Under the pieces are notes generated by a model that did not search any database, was not told where the DNA came from, and saw nothing but the letters and a program-made list of their open reading frames with translations. The translations under genes and the position numbers were made by a program. Source: Anaerolineae bacterium (GTDB taxonomy: Bacteria > Chloroflexota > Anaerolineae > S140-20). From it: a stretch of DNA of 64,000 nucleotides. Positions within the stretch are counted from its first letter, which is position 1. Every line of letters starts with the position of its first letter. The stretch covers positions 11,479 to 75,478 of the forward strand of contig JALUTT010000003.1 of NCBI GenBank assembly GCA_027021705.1, read 5' to 3'. Below are positions 1 to 9,553 of the stretch, piece after piece.

Positions 1-411
1 GATCTGGGGGCCGATGACTACCTGACCAAGCCCTTCGGCGTGGAGGAGATGCTGGCCCGGGTGCGAGCCGTGCTGCGACGTGCCGTCCAGGCTCCGACAG
101 CACCCCGCCCTCCCCTGACCATTGGCGAACTGACCATTGACTTCGCCGCCCGTCGGGTGACGGTGAGTGGCCGGGAGATCCAACTGACCCCCACGGAGTA
201 CGATCTGCTGTCCCATCTCGCCCTCAACGCGGGACGGGTGCTCACCCACCGAGCCCTCTTGCAAGCGGTGTGGGGGCCTGAGTACGGCGATGAGACGGAA
301 TACCTGTGGACCTACATCCGGCGGCTGCGGCGCAAGATCGAGCCGGATCCTACCACCCCCCGCTACATCCTCACCCATCCGGGCGTCGGCTACTCCTTCG
401 CCGATGCCTGA
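1..411 (+). CDS. OmpR/PhoB-family (KdpE-like) DNA-binding response regulator, 5'-truncated by window edge
   Basis: Frame open from base 1: DLGADDYLTKPFG (receiver end), then winged helix LTPTEYDLL..LLQAVWGPEY..YIRRLRRKIE.DP..PRYILTHPGVGY. Confidence 0.93.
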   Translation, partial: DLGADDYLTKPFGVEEMLARVRAVLRRAVQAPTAPRPPLTIGELTIDFAARRVTVSGREIQLTPTEYDLLSHLALNAGRVLTHRALLQAVWGPEYGDETEYLWTYIRRLRRKIEPDPTTPRYILTHPGVGYSFADA

Positions 412-420
412 CCACTGGTT

Positions 421-543
421 AACGACCGCTGACCGCCGGCCTACGACCTAGCGGCCTAGCGGCCTAGCGCCCCAGCGGCTTGGCGGCGGACTGAGGACCG
501 AGGACTGCATACGACCGCCGACCACCCGACCACCCGACCACCC
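421..543. repeat. Composite short tandem repeat array (CCTAGCGG, GGACYGA, CGACCACC units)
   Basis: Units directly visible; the same unit types recur at 9962-10050 and, inverted, at 34093-34185. Confidence 0.8.
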
Positions 544-549
544 AACCGC

Positions 550-600
550 TTTTCAGGATTTTTTCAGGTAACGAAGGCGGGGGTTCGGGTCGTGTTCAGG
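550..600 (+). promoter_or_regulatory. Putative OmpR/PhoB-type binding boxes (TTCAGG direct repeats, 11-bp period)
   Basis: TTCAGG at 552, 563 and 595, TTCGGG at 584: two pairs spaced 11 bp; next to an OmpR-family gene and upstream of the receiver gene and nirS. Confidence 0.5.
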
Positions 601-699
601 AGCTCCTGCTACCCTATAGGCGGAAGCTACCCCCATCTACCACCTCCTGCCCCCGTCTGCCGACATACCGGTAGCGCGGGCCACGCAGAAGGGGCCTCT

Positions 700-1110
700 A
701 TGGCTGTGCCTGTTGTCTGGATCGTGAGCGGTGACCCACAGATCCGCTGGTTGATCGAGCTTAACCTACGCGAGCGGGGAATCAGCGTCTGGGGAGCAGA
801 GAGTATCGCTCAACTGCTGGCCTCAGCGCCAGAGCCCCAGCTAGTGGTGCTGGACCTGGACGACGACGAGGGGAGGTGGGTTATGGCAGAAGCCCTTCGC
901 CGCCAACCCTGGGGACAGAGCGTGCCCCTCGTGGCGCTGCTCAACACCCCTCCCTCCTCGCGTCGCCTGGCAGCCCTGGAGCCGCTGGACTGGCTGGAGA
1001 AACCCTTCGCTATGGGGAACCTCCTGACCCTTGTGCGGAACGCTCTGGATCTGGAGCCCCCTGCCAACACCGCACCTCCACCAGTCCCCGGAGAGACTCA
1101 CACCGTGTGA
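700..1110 (+). CDS. Stand-alone, degenerate response-regulator receiver domain protein
   Basis: ATG at 700 after AGAAGGGG; VVWIVSGDPQIR..PQLVVLDL..WLEKPF receiver pattern with the acidic pair degenerate. Confidence 0.75.
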   Translation: MAVPVVWIVSGDPQIRWLIELNLRERGISVWGAESIAQLLASAPEPQLVVLDLDDDEGRWVMAEALRRQPWGQSVPLVALLNTPPSSRRLAALEPLDWLEKPFAMGNLLTLVRNALDLEPPANTAPPPVPGETHTV

Positions 1111-1185
1111 GTGACGGCTATGATCCCATAGCCTCCAAGAGCCCACATCCGGCCTACATTAGGGAGAATAGGGAGGACAAAACCA

Positions 1186-3297
1186 ATGAAGCGCATACCC
1201 TTACGTTTCTTGATCTTGCTCATCGTCTTGGGGGTTGCGATCGGTGCCTGCAGCCGACCAACCCCAACGCCTGAGGTGATCAAAGAGACGGTCATCGTCC
1301 CCCAGGAGGTGACGAAGATCGTCAAGGAAACCGTCATCGTCACCCAGGAGGTGACGCCGCCACCGGCGGAGGAGACGGTCGGCGAGGAGGTCGTCGCAGC
1401 CGCCTTCCAGAAAGGGGGATGCGGGGCCTGCCACGTCATCCCCGGCATCGCTGGCGCTCAGGGGACCATCGGTCCTGACCTCTCCGAGATGGGCCAGGTC
1501 GCAGCGGAGCGCATCGCCAGCGGCGATTACACGGGCAAAGCGCAGACGGCCGCCGACTACATCCGCGAGTCCATCGTGGACCCGGACGTCTTCGTCGTGC
1601 CCGACTGCCCCGGCGGCCCCTGCCAGGAGGGGCTGATGCCCGCCGTCCAGACGCTGAGCCAGGCCGAACTGGACGCCATCGTCACCTACCTGGCGAGCCT
1701 GCCGGCCGGTGCTGCCGAGGCGGTGGCCCCGCCGGAGGCCGCCGGAGCCCAGCCGCCGCCCTTGACCGAGGAGGAGTTCCAGAAGGCCACCCAGATCTTC
1801 TTCGACCGCTGCTCCGGCTGTCACGGTGTGCTGCGCAAGGGTGCGACGGGGCCGGCGCTGACGCCGGATCAGACCCTGCCCAAGGGCACCACGGCCTTGC
1901 AGGCCATCATCTTCAACGGCACCCCTCGCGGCATGCCCGACTGGGGCAAGCAGGGCGTCCTCTCTGAGGCCGAGGCGGAGCTGATGGCCAAGTTCATCCA
2001 GCATGAACCGCCGGCTCCACCCGAGATGTCCATGGAGCAGATGAAGGCGACCTGGAACCTCATCGTCCCGCCCGACCAGCGGCCAACGAAGCCCCAGCAC
2101 GACCGCAACTGGCAGAACTTCTTCTCCGTCACCCTGCGCGATGCCGGCCAGGTGGCCATCATTGACGGGGACACCAAGGAGGTCGTGAGCGTCGTGGACA
2201 CCGGCTACGCCGTCCACATCTCCCGGATGTCGGCCTCCGGTCGCTATGTCTACACCATTGGGCGCGACGGCAAGGCGGTGCTCATTGACCTGTGGATGGA
2301 GAAGCCCGACAAGGTGGCGGAAGTGCGCACCTGCTACGACGCCCGCTCCATTGACGTCAGCAAGTACCAGGGCGAGTTGGGCGACTTCTACGACAAGTAC
2401 GCCATCGTCGGCTGCTACTGGCCGCCCCACTTCGTCATCCTGGACGGCCAGACGCTGGAGCCCATCAAGGTCGTCAGCACCCGCTCCTACACCTACGACA
2501 CCGAGGAATACCATCCGGAGCCCCGAGTGGCGAGCATCGTGGCCTCCCGCTTCAAGCCCCAGTGGATCGTCAACGTGAAGGAAACCGGCCAGGTGTGGTT
2601 GGTGGACTACACCGAGCCCGACAACCCGACCATCAAGATGATCGAGGCGGAGCGCTTCCTGCACGACGGCGGATGGGACGCCTCAGGGCGCTACTTCCTG
2701 GTCGCCGCCAACCAGCGGAACAAGATCGTGGTCATTGACGCCAAGGAAGAGAAGCTGGCCGCCATCGTGGAGACGGGGGTGAAGCCACATCCTGGCCGTG
2801 GGGCCAACTACGTAGACCCCGAATACGGCCCGGCCTGGTGCACCGTCCACCTAGGAGAGCCCCTGATGGCCTGCATCGGGACCGATCCCGAGGGCTATCC
2901 TGAGTACGCCTGGAAGGTCGTGCGCCGGATCGAGCTCCTGGGTGGTGGCAGCCTCTTCGTCAAGACCCATCCCAACAGCCCCTGGATCTGGGTGGACCAC
3001 ACCCTCAACCCCGACGAGACGATCCAGCGCAGCGTCTGCGTCATCGCCAAGGACGACCCGACCAAGGTCGCCAAGTGCTGGGAGGTGGCCGACTACGGTC
3101 GTGCCGTGCACATCGAGTACAACAAGGAGGGCGACGAGGTCTGGGTCAGCGTCTGGGGGCGGAAGGACGAGCCGGGCAAGACGGGGGAGATCGTGATCTA
3201 CGATGACAAGACCCTCGAAGAAAAAGCCCGGATTAAGGACCTGATCACCCCCACCGGCAAGTTCAACGTCTACAACACAATGAATGACATCTACTAA
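1186..3297 (+). CDS. nirS: Cytochrome cd1 nitrite reductase, lipoprotein with an additional N-terminal cytochrome c domain
   Basis: Lipobox-like AIGA-C; CGACH heme c domain; NirS motifs RCSGCHGVLRKGATG, NFFSVTLRDAG, GYAVHISRMS, YHPEPRVASI, FLHDGGWD, PHPGRGAN, ITPTGKFNVYNT. Confidence 0.96.
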   Translation: MKRIPLRFLILLIVLGVAIGACSRPTPTPEVIKETVIVPQEVTKIVKETVIVTQEVTPPPAEETVGEEVVAAAFQKGGCGACHVIPGIAGAQGTIGPDLSEMGQVAAERIASGDYTGKAQTAADYIRESIVDPDVFVVPDCPGGPCQEGLMPAVQTLSQAELDAIVTYLASLPAGAAEAVAPPEAAGAQPPPLTEEEFQKATQIFFDRCSGCHGVLRKGATGPALTPDQTLPKGTTALQAIIFNGTPRGMPDWGKQGVLSEAEAELMAKFIQHEPPAPPEMSMEQMKATWNLIVPPDQRPTKPQHDRNWQNFFSVTLRDAGQVAIIDGDTKEVVSVVDTGYAVHISRMSASGRYVYTIGRDGKAVLIDLWMEKPDKVAEVRTCYDARSIDVSKYQGELGDFYDKYAIVGCYWPPHFVILDGQTLEPIKVVSTRSYTYDTEEYHPEPRVASIVASRFKPQWIVNVKETGQVWLVDYTEPDNPTIKMIEAERFLHDGGWDASGRYFLVAANQRNKIVVIDAKEEKLAAIVETGVKPHPGRGANYVDPEYGPAWCTVHLGEPLMACIGTDPEGYPEYAWKVVRRIELLGGGSLFVKTHPNSPWIWVDHTLNPDETIQRSVCVIAKDDPTKVAKCWEVADYGRAVHIEYNKEGDEVWVSVWGRKDEPGKTGEIVIYDDKTLEEKARIKDLITPTGKFNVYNTMNDIY

Positions 3298-3306
3298 TCC
3301 CGTCTC

Positions 3307-3338
3307 GGGGTGACGCGCCCTCCGAGGCGCGTCGCCCC
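3307..3338 (+). terminator. GC-rich hairpin after nirS (terminator or mRNA stabiliser)
   Basis: GGGGTGACGCGCC..GGCGCGTCGCCCC inverted repeat; no clear U-tract. Confidence 0.45.
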
Positions 3339-3487
3339 CCCCTTCACCCCCGCTCGCGTGAACAGTCAAGGTCAAGGAGGGAGGAGGGGACCGTCAGGGC
3401 AGGTGGGGGTGAGCTCGTAGAGCTCGCCCCTACCGCCCATTCCGCTCTGATCCGCATTCCAAACGGTCAAGGAAGGAGGTGTCATCC

Positions 3488-3646
3488 ATGAGCAGCCACA
3501 ATGAAGAACCGAAGGGACGAATCCCCATCGGACAGATCGTCTTCGACGAGATCTTCCTACTCTTCATGCTCTCCCTGGTCATCAGCTTCATCCTGTACAA
3601 CGTCTGGGGATTGATGGAACTCCTCCGCGTCCCCTTCCTCCCCTAA
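3488..3646 (+). CDS. 52-aa single-TM small subunit of the eNOR-type heme-copper enzyme (not in ORF track)
   Basis: SD AAGGAGGT, then MSSHNEEPKGRIPIGQIVFDEIFLLFMLSLVISFILYNVWGLMELLRVPFLP; directly upstream of subunit II, like subunit IIa of ba3-type oxidases. Confidence 0.82.
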   Translation: MSSHNEEPKGRIPIGQIVFDEIFLLFMLSLVISFILYNVWGLMELLRVPFLP

Positions 3647-3727
3647 CCGGGGAGCCTCGATCGTCCTCGGTGGACGGATCGTCCCGTCAGTGCTCGCACT
3701 CCACAGCCCATCGGAAAGGAGGTCACT

Positions 3728-4246
3728 ATGCTTGCCCCACCACGAATTTGGTGGAAACCTCTGGATCGCCTGGAGCGCAGTTGGCTGACCATCGCCTTCG
3801 TCTGGTGCATCTTCCTGACGGCGATGATGCCGATCTGGTTCTTCCTGGGCCGTCAGAACGTGCCGGCCACCACCTACCGGGTCTCGCCGGAAGAGTACCA
3901 GCAGCGTGTTGCGGACTTTATCGAACAGTATCAGGTGGGAACCGAGAAGGGCGTCCCCGTGGTCGCTCCGCCCCCCGGCGACGTCTTCCTGCTGGCCCGC
4001 CAGTGGCAGTGGTACCCCATCCTGCAACTGAAGAAGGGCCAGACCTACCGCCTGCACGTCTCCTCGATAGACATCCAACACGGTTTCTCCATCCAACCGC
4101 TGAACCTCAACTTCATGGTCCTGCCCGGCTACGACTACGTCATCACCCTGACACCCACCCAGAGCGGCGAGTTCTCCCTGGTGTGCAATGAGTACTGCGG
4201 CATCGCCCACCACCTGATGGTGAGCAAGCTGATCGTAACCGACTAG
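3728..4246 (+). CDS. Heme-copper oxidase/eNOR subunit II with CuA centre
   Basis: One N-terminal TM helix; SIDIQHGF and CNEYCGIAHHLM CuA ligands; SD AAGGAGGT. Confidence 0.93.
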   Translation: MLAPPRIWWKPLDRLERSWLTIAFVWCIFLTAMMPIWFFLGRQNVPATTYRVSPEEYQQRVADFIEQYQVGTEKGVPVVAPPPGDVFLLARQWQWYPILQLKKGQTYRLHVSSIDIQHGFSIQPLNLNFMVLPGYDYVITLTPTQSGEFSLVCNEYCGIAHHLMVSKLIVTD

Positions 4247-4277
4247 CCTATCCAGCCAAGTTAAGGAGGAAACAGCG

Positions 4278-5999
4278 ATGGCGGCTGAAGCCATTCCCTG
4301 GTCCGAAGAGAAAGCCGTCTTCCGCACCTGCCCGGTGACGGGACTGAAGGTAGACCTGGCCGCTGAACGGCTTATCATCGCCAATGCGGTGGCTGCCGTG
4401 GTCTTCCTGCTGATCGGCGGCATCTTCGCCCTTCTGCTGGCGCTAACCCGCTGGCAGGTGATCCACCTGCTTCCCCCCGACTGGTTCTACCGCATCCTCA
4501 CCGCCCACGGCATTGACATGCTGGTGGCCTGGATCGTTTTCTTCGAGATCGCCGGCCTCTACTTCGGGGGCGCGGTGATGCTGAACGCCCGTCTGGTCCG
4601 CCCCTCGCTGGCATGGCTCGCCTTCGCCCTGATGATCGTGGGATCGGTGCTCATCAACGTCATCGTCCTGATGGGCAAGGCGGACGTCATGTTCACCGCC
4701 TACGTTCCCCTGAAGGCCCACCCCGTCTTCTACTTGGGCTACATCCTCTTCGCCGTCGGGGCCTTGCTGGCGCTGGGGCTCTTCTTCGCCACCATCGTGG
4801 TCGCCAAGGCCGAAAAACGGTACGAGGGTTCCCTCCCCCTCGTCGTCTACGGCCTGGTGACGGCGGCCATCATCGCCGCCTACACCCTGCTCTCGGGGGC
4901 CTTGGCCCTGGTTCCCGCCTTCTTCTGGTCGCTGGGCCTGCTGCCCAATTACGACCCGGGGTTCTACCGTAACCTCTTCTGGAGCTTCGGCCACCCGGCC
5001 CAGCAGATCAACCTGGCCGCGATGGTCGCCATCTGGTACGCTCTGGCGGCCATCACCACAGGAGCCACGCCCCTCAACGAGAAGCTCTCCCGTTTCGCCT
5101 TCATCCTGTACATCCTGTTCATCAACCTGGGCTCGGCCCATCACCTGCTGGTGGACCCCGGTCCGGGATTCGCCTGGAAGGTCACCAACACCTCCTACGC
5201 GATGTACCTGGCCGTGCTGGGCAGCATGATCCACGCCTTCTCCGTCCCGGCCGCAATGGAGGTGGCCCTACGTCGCCAGGGATACCGCCGAGGGTTGCTG
5301 GAGTGGCTGCGCAAAGCCCCCTGGCGGGAGCCCGGCTTCTCGGCTCTGGTGATTTCCATCGTCATCTTCGGCTGGATCGGTGGGGTGACCGGCGTGACCA
5401 TCGGCACCGAGCAGATCAACATGCTGGCCCACAACACGCTGCGGGTGCCCGGCCACTTCCACGCCACCGTCGTGGCAGGGACCACCCTCGCCTTCATGGG
5501 CCTGACCTACTACCTCATCCCCCTCATCTTCCGCCGCGAGCTGAAGCTGAAGCGCTGGGCCACCTGGCAGCCCTACATCTTCGGCCTGGGCATGGCCCTG
5601 GTCTCCATCGGTTTCATCGCCGCCGGCATCCAGGGGGTGGCCCGCCGCCACTGGGACATCACCTTCGCCCAGGCTCCCTTCCCGGCCACCATCCCCGGCA
5701 CGGTGCACCTGGCTCTGGCCGTCCTGGGCATCGGCGCTCTGATCGCCGTCGTGGGCGGTGCGATGTTCCTCATCATCGTCCTCGTCTCCGTGTTCACGGG
5801 GAAGCGGCAGGAAGCGCGGGGGCTGTTGCTCGTCGTCACCCCCTCCAGCCCCCCGGCACCCTCCACCTCCGCCGAGGAGGGGGAAGAGGGCCTACGCCCC
5901 AAGGGCACCTTCGTCCTCGTCCTCGCCTTCCTGACCTTCTTCGCCGCTTACTACCTGAGCAACTGGTGGCTACTGGGTCGTACCTGGATCGTCCGCTGA
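4278..5999 (+). CDS. Heme-copper superfamily subunit I, eNOR-type nitric oxide reductase
   Basis: LTAHG, FWSFGHPAQQ (Gln replaces the cross-linked Tyr of HPEVY), SAHHLL, GHFHATVV; operonic with nirS and ctaA/ctaB. Confidence 0.88.
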   Translation: MAAEAIPWSEEKAVFRTCPVTGLKVDLAAERLIIANAVAAVVFLLIGGIFALLLALTRWQVIHLLPPDWFYRILTAHGIDMLVAWIVFFEIAGLYFGGAVMLNARLVRPSLAWLAFALMIVGSVLINVIVLMGKADVMFTAYVPLKAHPVFYLGYILFAVGALLALGLFFATIVVAKAEKRYEGSLPLVVYGLVTAAIIAAYTLLSGALALVPAFFWSLGLLPNYDPGFYRNLFWSFGHPAQQINLAAMVAIWYALAAITTGATPLNEKLSRFAFILYILFINLGSAHHLLVDPGPGFAWKVTNTSYAMYLAVLGSMIHAFSVPAAMEVALRRQGYRRGLLEWLRKAPWREPGFSALVISIVIFGWIGGVTGVTIGTEQINMLAHNTLRVPGHFHATVVAGTTLAFMGLTYYLIPLIFRRELKLKRWATWQPYIFGLGMALVSIGFIAAGIQGVARRHWDITFAQAPFPATIPGTVHLALAVLGIGALIAVVGGAMFLIIVLVSVFTGKRQEARGLLLVVTPSSPPAPSTSAEEGEEGLRPKGTFVLVLAFLTFFAAYYLSNWWLLGRTWIVR

Positions 6000-6006
6000 C
6001 GTGTCC

Positions 6007-6050
6007 CCCTCCCGCAGGTCATCTGGCGTGAGGAGAACCTGCGGGAGGGT
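6007..6050. repeat. Short copy of the CCCTCCCGCAGGT/ACCTGCGGGAGGG palindromic element
   Basis: 13-bp inverted arms identical to the ends of the 109-bp elements at 15535 and 55882. Confidence 0.8.
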
Positions 6051-6076
6051 CCTTGGGAAACCGGGGGAAACAAGGG

Positions 6077-6787
6077 ATGGTCGTCGCGTTCCTGCTGGGA
6101 CTACTGGGGAGTCTGGGACACTGTACAGGCATGTGCGGTGCCATCGTGCTGCTCCTGGGCCGACGGGGGGGCATCGCCGGCGGTCGGCTGCTGCTGGCCC
6201 ACCTGGGCCGCATCACCAGCTACGTCCTCCTGGGCCTGGCCGTGGGCCTCTTGGGCCACAGCGCCCGCCGGCTGCTCCCCCACCTGCCCTGGCTCCAGGG
6301 TGCCCTGGCCCTGATCGCCGCCGGGACCGCCCTTTACCTGGCCATAGCCCTGCTGGGACGCGCACCATCCCCTGAAACCTACCTGGCCGGTCTGACGAGC
6401 CGATGGGGCCGGGCGATGCAGCGCCTCGTCCGGCAGCCCACCGGCCGGCAGCCATTGGCCTTGCTCTTCCCCTTTGGCATCGGCCTGCTGTGGGGATTGC
6501 TCCCCTGCGGCCTGGTGCTCACCGCCCTCCTGGCTGCTGTGACCTCCGGCCCCCTTTGGTTGAGCGCCCTGGCCATGCTCGCCTTCGGCCTGGGGACTAC
6601 CCCGGCCCTCTTGGGGATGGGCTGGTTGGCGCAGCGCCCCCTCCCCCGTCTCCCCACCGGCAGAGCGTGGCCCCGCCATGCAGCGGCTCTCCTTGTCCTC
6701 CTCTTCGGCACCCAGATGGCCCTGCGGGGGCTGGCCGCCTGGGGGTGGGTGGACCACCTGCGCCTGGGAGGCGTGATGTTATGGTAG
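6077..6787 (+). CDS. DsbD_2/TauE-like membrane protein (oxidase assembly or Cu handling)
   Basis: SLGHCTGMCG, GRITSY, GLLPCGLV, MLAFGLGT motifs; overlaps the start of the Cu-ATPase. Confidence 0.85.
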   Translation: MVVAFLLGLLGSLGHCTGMCGAIVLLLGRRGGIAGGRLLLAHLGRITSYVLLGLAVGLLGHSARRLLPHLPWLQGALALIAAGTALYLAIALLGRAPSPETYLAGLTSRWGRAMQRLVRQPTGRQPLALLFPFGIGLLWGLLPCGLVLTALLAAVTSGPLWLSALAMLAFGLGTTPALLGMGWLAQRPLPRLPTGRAWPRHAAALLVLLFGTQMALRGLAAWGWVDHLRLGGVMLW

Positions 6788-9216
6788 GCCAGGGCCCCGT
6801 CGCCTGCTCGCTGTGCGGTCTGCCCACGGCCCACCCCATCACCGATGAAGGGGGACGGGCTTTTTGTTGCCCTGCCTGCCGCGAAGTGGCCCGCTTGCTG
6901 CACGAGGAAGCCCCGCCGGCGAGGGCCAACGGGGGGGAGGCCCCGGGAACCTTGGAGCGCTCTGAAGCCGGAGGAGGGCCCTCGGCGGTCGCCACCCTCG
7001 CCCTGGGCGGGATGTGGTGCACCTCCTGCGGCTGGCTCATCGAGGAGAGCCTGCGCCGGACGCCCGGCGTGCAGGACGTCCAGGTCAGCTTCGTCCGCCG
7101 GGAGGCCCAGGTCACCTTCGACCCCGACCGTACCCACCCCCGCCGCTGGCTCCGCCGAATCCGGCGGCTGGGCTACCGGGCTTGGCTCCCCGACGATCCC
7201 CCTTACGATGAGGAAGAAGCTCACTGGCAACGGCTGCTCATCGGCGGCGTCTTCGCTATGCACGTGATGCTCATCAGCCTGATGCTTTACTTCCGCGAAG
7301 GGCTGGGATGGGCCTCACCGGAGACCGCCTGGCTCGCCGACTTCTTCCAGATCATCCTCTTCGTGGGCAGCCTCCCCTTGATGCTGATCCTGGGGATCCC
7401 CATCCTGCGGGCGGGCATGGCCAGCCTCCTGCGGGGACGGCCCAACATGCACACCCTCATCGCCCTGGGGGCCTTCTCCGCCTTCGGCCTCTCGGTGCGC
7501 AACCTCTTCTTGGGGCTGGACCGCGTCTACTTCGACACCGCCTCGATGCTCCTCTTCCTGGTGAGCATCGGCCATTGGCTGGAACTGCGGGCTCAGAAAA
7601 CGGGCAGCCGCGCCGTCGAGCGGCTCTGGAAGCGGATTCCCCAGGAAGCCACCTGGATCACCCCCGACGGAGAGCGGCGCGTGCCCGTCGAGGAGGTCCC
7701 CAAGGGCGCTCGGGTGCGGGTCCGTCCCGGGGAGCGCTTTCCCGTGGACGGCCTGGTGGCCGTGGGCGAGGGGGATGTGGACCAGAGCCTGCTCACCGGC
7801 GAGTCCACGCCGGTCCTCCGCCGCCCGGGGGACCCTGTGCTGGCGGGGACCTTGAGCTTGGATGGGGGATTCGAGGTGATCACCACCGCCGTGGGGGCCG
7901 AGACGGTGGCGGGGCAGATGGGCCGCCTGCTCCACCAGGCCCTGTGGGAGCGGGCTCCGGTGGAACGGCTGGCGGACCGGCTGGCCGCCCTGATGGTCCC
8001 CATCGCCGTCCTTCTGGCCGGGGGCACCTTCGCCTTCTGGACCGCCCGGGCGGGCCCCGAGGTCGGGCTGCTCCACGCCCTCTCCGTGCTCCTGATCGCC
8101 TGCCCCTGCGCCCTGGGCCTGGCCACGCCGCTGACCCTGTGGCTGGCCTTGGGGCGGGCGGCCGAGGCCGGCGTGATCCTGCGGAGCAGCGGGGCGCTGG
8201 AACGGCTGGCCGGTGTGCGCCATCTCTTCTTCGACAAGACGGGAACCCTGACCCGGCGACCTTTCCGTCTCCAGGCGGTGGCGGCCTACGGCGTGTCCGA
8301 GACCCTCCTCCTGACCCGCGTCGCCGCCGTCGAAGCCCATTCCGAGCACCCCCTGGCCCAGGCCGTGGTGGCCGCTGCCCGCCCGCCCGATGAGGCCGAC
8401 CGCCAAGACGCCCCCCCACCCCTCCCTCCCGTCTCCGACTTCCGGGTCTGGCCCGGCCGGGGGGTGAGCGGTCGGATGAACGGCACGACCATCTGGGTGG
8501 GCAGCGCCCGCCTGATGGCCGCCCAAGGCTTGGAACTGCCCCCGCCCCTCGCCAAGACCGTCGAGACGTGGCGCGAACAGGGGCTGAGCGTGATCTACGC
8601 CGGCTGGGAGGGAAAGGTGACCGGCCTGCTGGGCTTGGGGGAGGAGCCCCGCCCGGAGGCGGTGGAAACGGTGGCAGCGCTCCAGGAGATGGGGGTGTCG
8701 GTCGCCGTCCTGACCGGCGACGACGCTGTGGCCGGTCGGCGTTGGGAGCGGCTGCTGGGGGTTCCCGTTCACGCCGAGCAGCGGCCGGAGGAGAAGATCG
8801 CCCATCTGCGGGCCGCGCCGGGACCGACGGCGATGGTGGGGGACGGGATCAACGACGGGCCGGCCCTGGCCGCCGCGACCGTCGGGCTGGCCATCCGCCA
8901 GGGCACCGACGTCGCCCGCGCCGCCGCCGACATCATCCTGGTCGGGGACGACCTGCGGCTGATCCCCTGGCTCATCGGCCTGGCCCGCGCGGCGATACGC
9001 CGGGTGCACCAGAACCTGGCCTGGGCCTTCGTCTACAACCTCATCGGGCTGGGGCTGGCAGTGACGGGCCATCTCCAGCCGGTGCTGGCCGCTGCCGCTA
9101 TGGTGGCCAGCAGCCTCATCGTCACCGGTAACGCCCTAGGGTTACGTAAGTTTCCTAGTCAATATCGGCCCCTAGAAAGCGCTGAGCGATTTCGTCGAGG
9201 ATCTCAAAGATATTGA
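6781..9216 (+). CDS. CcoI/FixI-like P1B heavy-metal (Cu) ATPase
   Basis: N-terminal CSLCG..FCCPAC, HMA GMWCTSC, TGES, CPC, DKTGT, SEHPL, GDGINDGP, YN; start at ATG 6781 overlapping the upstream gene. Confidence 0.93.
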   Translation: MVGQGPVACSLCGLPTAHPITDEGGRAFCCPACREVARLLHEEAPPARANGGEAPGTLERSEAGGGPSAVATLALGGMWCTSCGWLIEESLRRTPGVQDVQVSFVRREAQVTFDPDRTHPRRWLRRIRRLGYRAWLPDDPPYDEEEAHWQRLLIGGVFAMHVMLISLMLYFREGLGWASPETAWLADFFQIILFVGSLPLMLILGIPILRAGMASLLRGRPNMHTLIALGAFSAFGLSVRNLFLGLDRVYFDTASMLLFLVSIGHWLELRAQKTGSRAVERLWKRIPQEATWITPDGERRVPVEEVPKGARVRVRPGERFPVDGLVAVGEGDVDQSLLTGESTPVLRRPGDPVLAGTLSLDGGFEVITTAVGAETVAGQMGRLLHQALWERAPVERLADRLAALMVPIAVLLAGGTFAFWTARAGPEVGLLHALSVLLIACPCALGLATPLTLWLALGRAAEAGVILRSSGALERLAGVRHLFFDKTGTLTRRPFRLQAVAAYGVSETLLLTRVAAVEAHSEHPLAQAVVAAARPPDEADRQDAPPPLPPVSDFRVWPGRGVSGRMNGTTIWVGSARLMAAQGLELPPPLAKTVETWREQGLSVIYAGWEGKVTGLLGLGEEPRPEAVETVAALQEMGVSVAVLTGDDAVAGRRWERLLGVPVHAEQRPEEKIAHLRAAPGPTAMVGDGINDGPALAAATVGLAIRQGTDVARAAADIILVGDDLRLIPWLIGLARAAIRRVHQNLAWAFVYNLIGLGLAVTGHLQPVLAAAAMVASSLIVTGNALGLRKFPSQYRPLESAERFRRGSQRY

Positions 9217-9553
9217 CTGGACGACCCGGTACCACAGCACCAGCACTCCCGATGTGGATGTGGTGAGGAAAACCAGCAAGGTGAGGAAAGTGAGGTGTGT
9301 TATCCCAACGCCGGATGAGACGACCTTCAACATCTGCCCAATGGTAGCTGTAGGTGATGACCTCAATCGTCCCATCAGGGGAACATTGCACGTACTCAGA
9401 GAATTCCAAAAAACTGCCATCGGCGAGGACCAGCCGAGCCCGCAAGTATCCGTCACTGACCGTGATGCGTTCCCGGACCACCCGGAACTCGAGGACCCAT
9501 GGGTCGGTCACCAACCGTTCTTTGACCGCATTGAGATACTCGGTGACCGTCAC
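9155..9553 (-). CDS. DUF6516/TumE-family putative toxin
   Basis: YSYHW..GRLIRRWDNTPHFPHL..FPHHIH motif; coupled to the upstream small gene; AT-richer than flanks. Confidence 0.8.
   Translation of the reverse strand: MTVTEYLNAVKERLVTDPWVLEFRVVRERITVSDGYLRARLVLADGSFLEFSEYVQCSPDGTIEVITYSYHWADVEGRLIRRWDNTPHFPHLAGFPHHIHIGSAGAVVPGRPVNIFEILDEIAQRFLGADID

Noticed and set aside
1..411. Naming the gene kdpE
   Set aside because: KdpE-like sequence, but no kdp genes are visible and the context is denitrification
4278..5999. Cytochrome c oxidase (O2 reductase) subunit I
   Set aside because: Catalytic Tyr position is Gln (HPAQQ) and the context is nirS, so eNOR fits better
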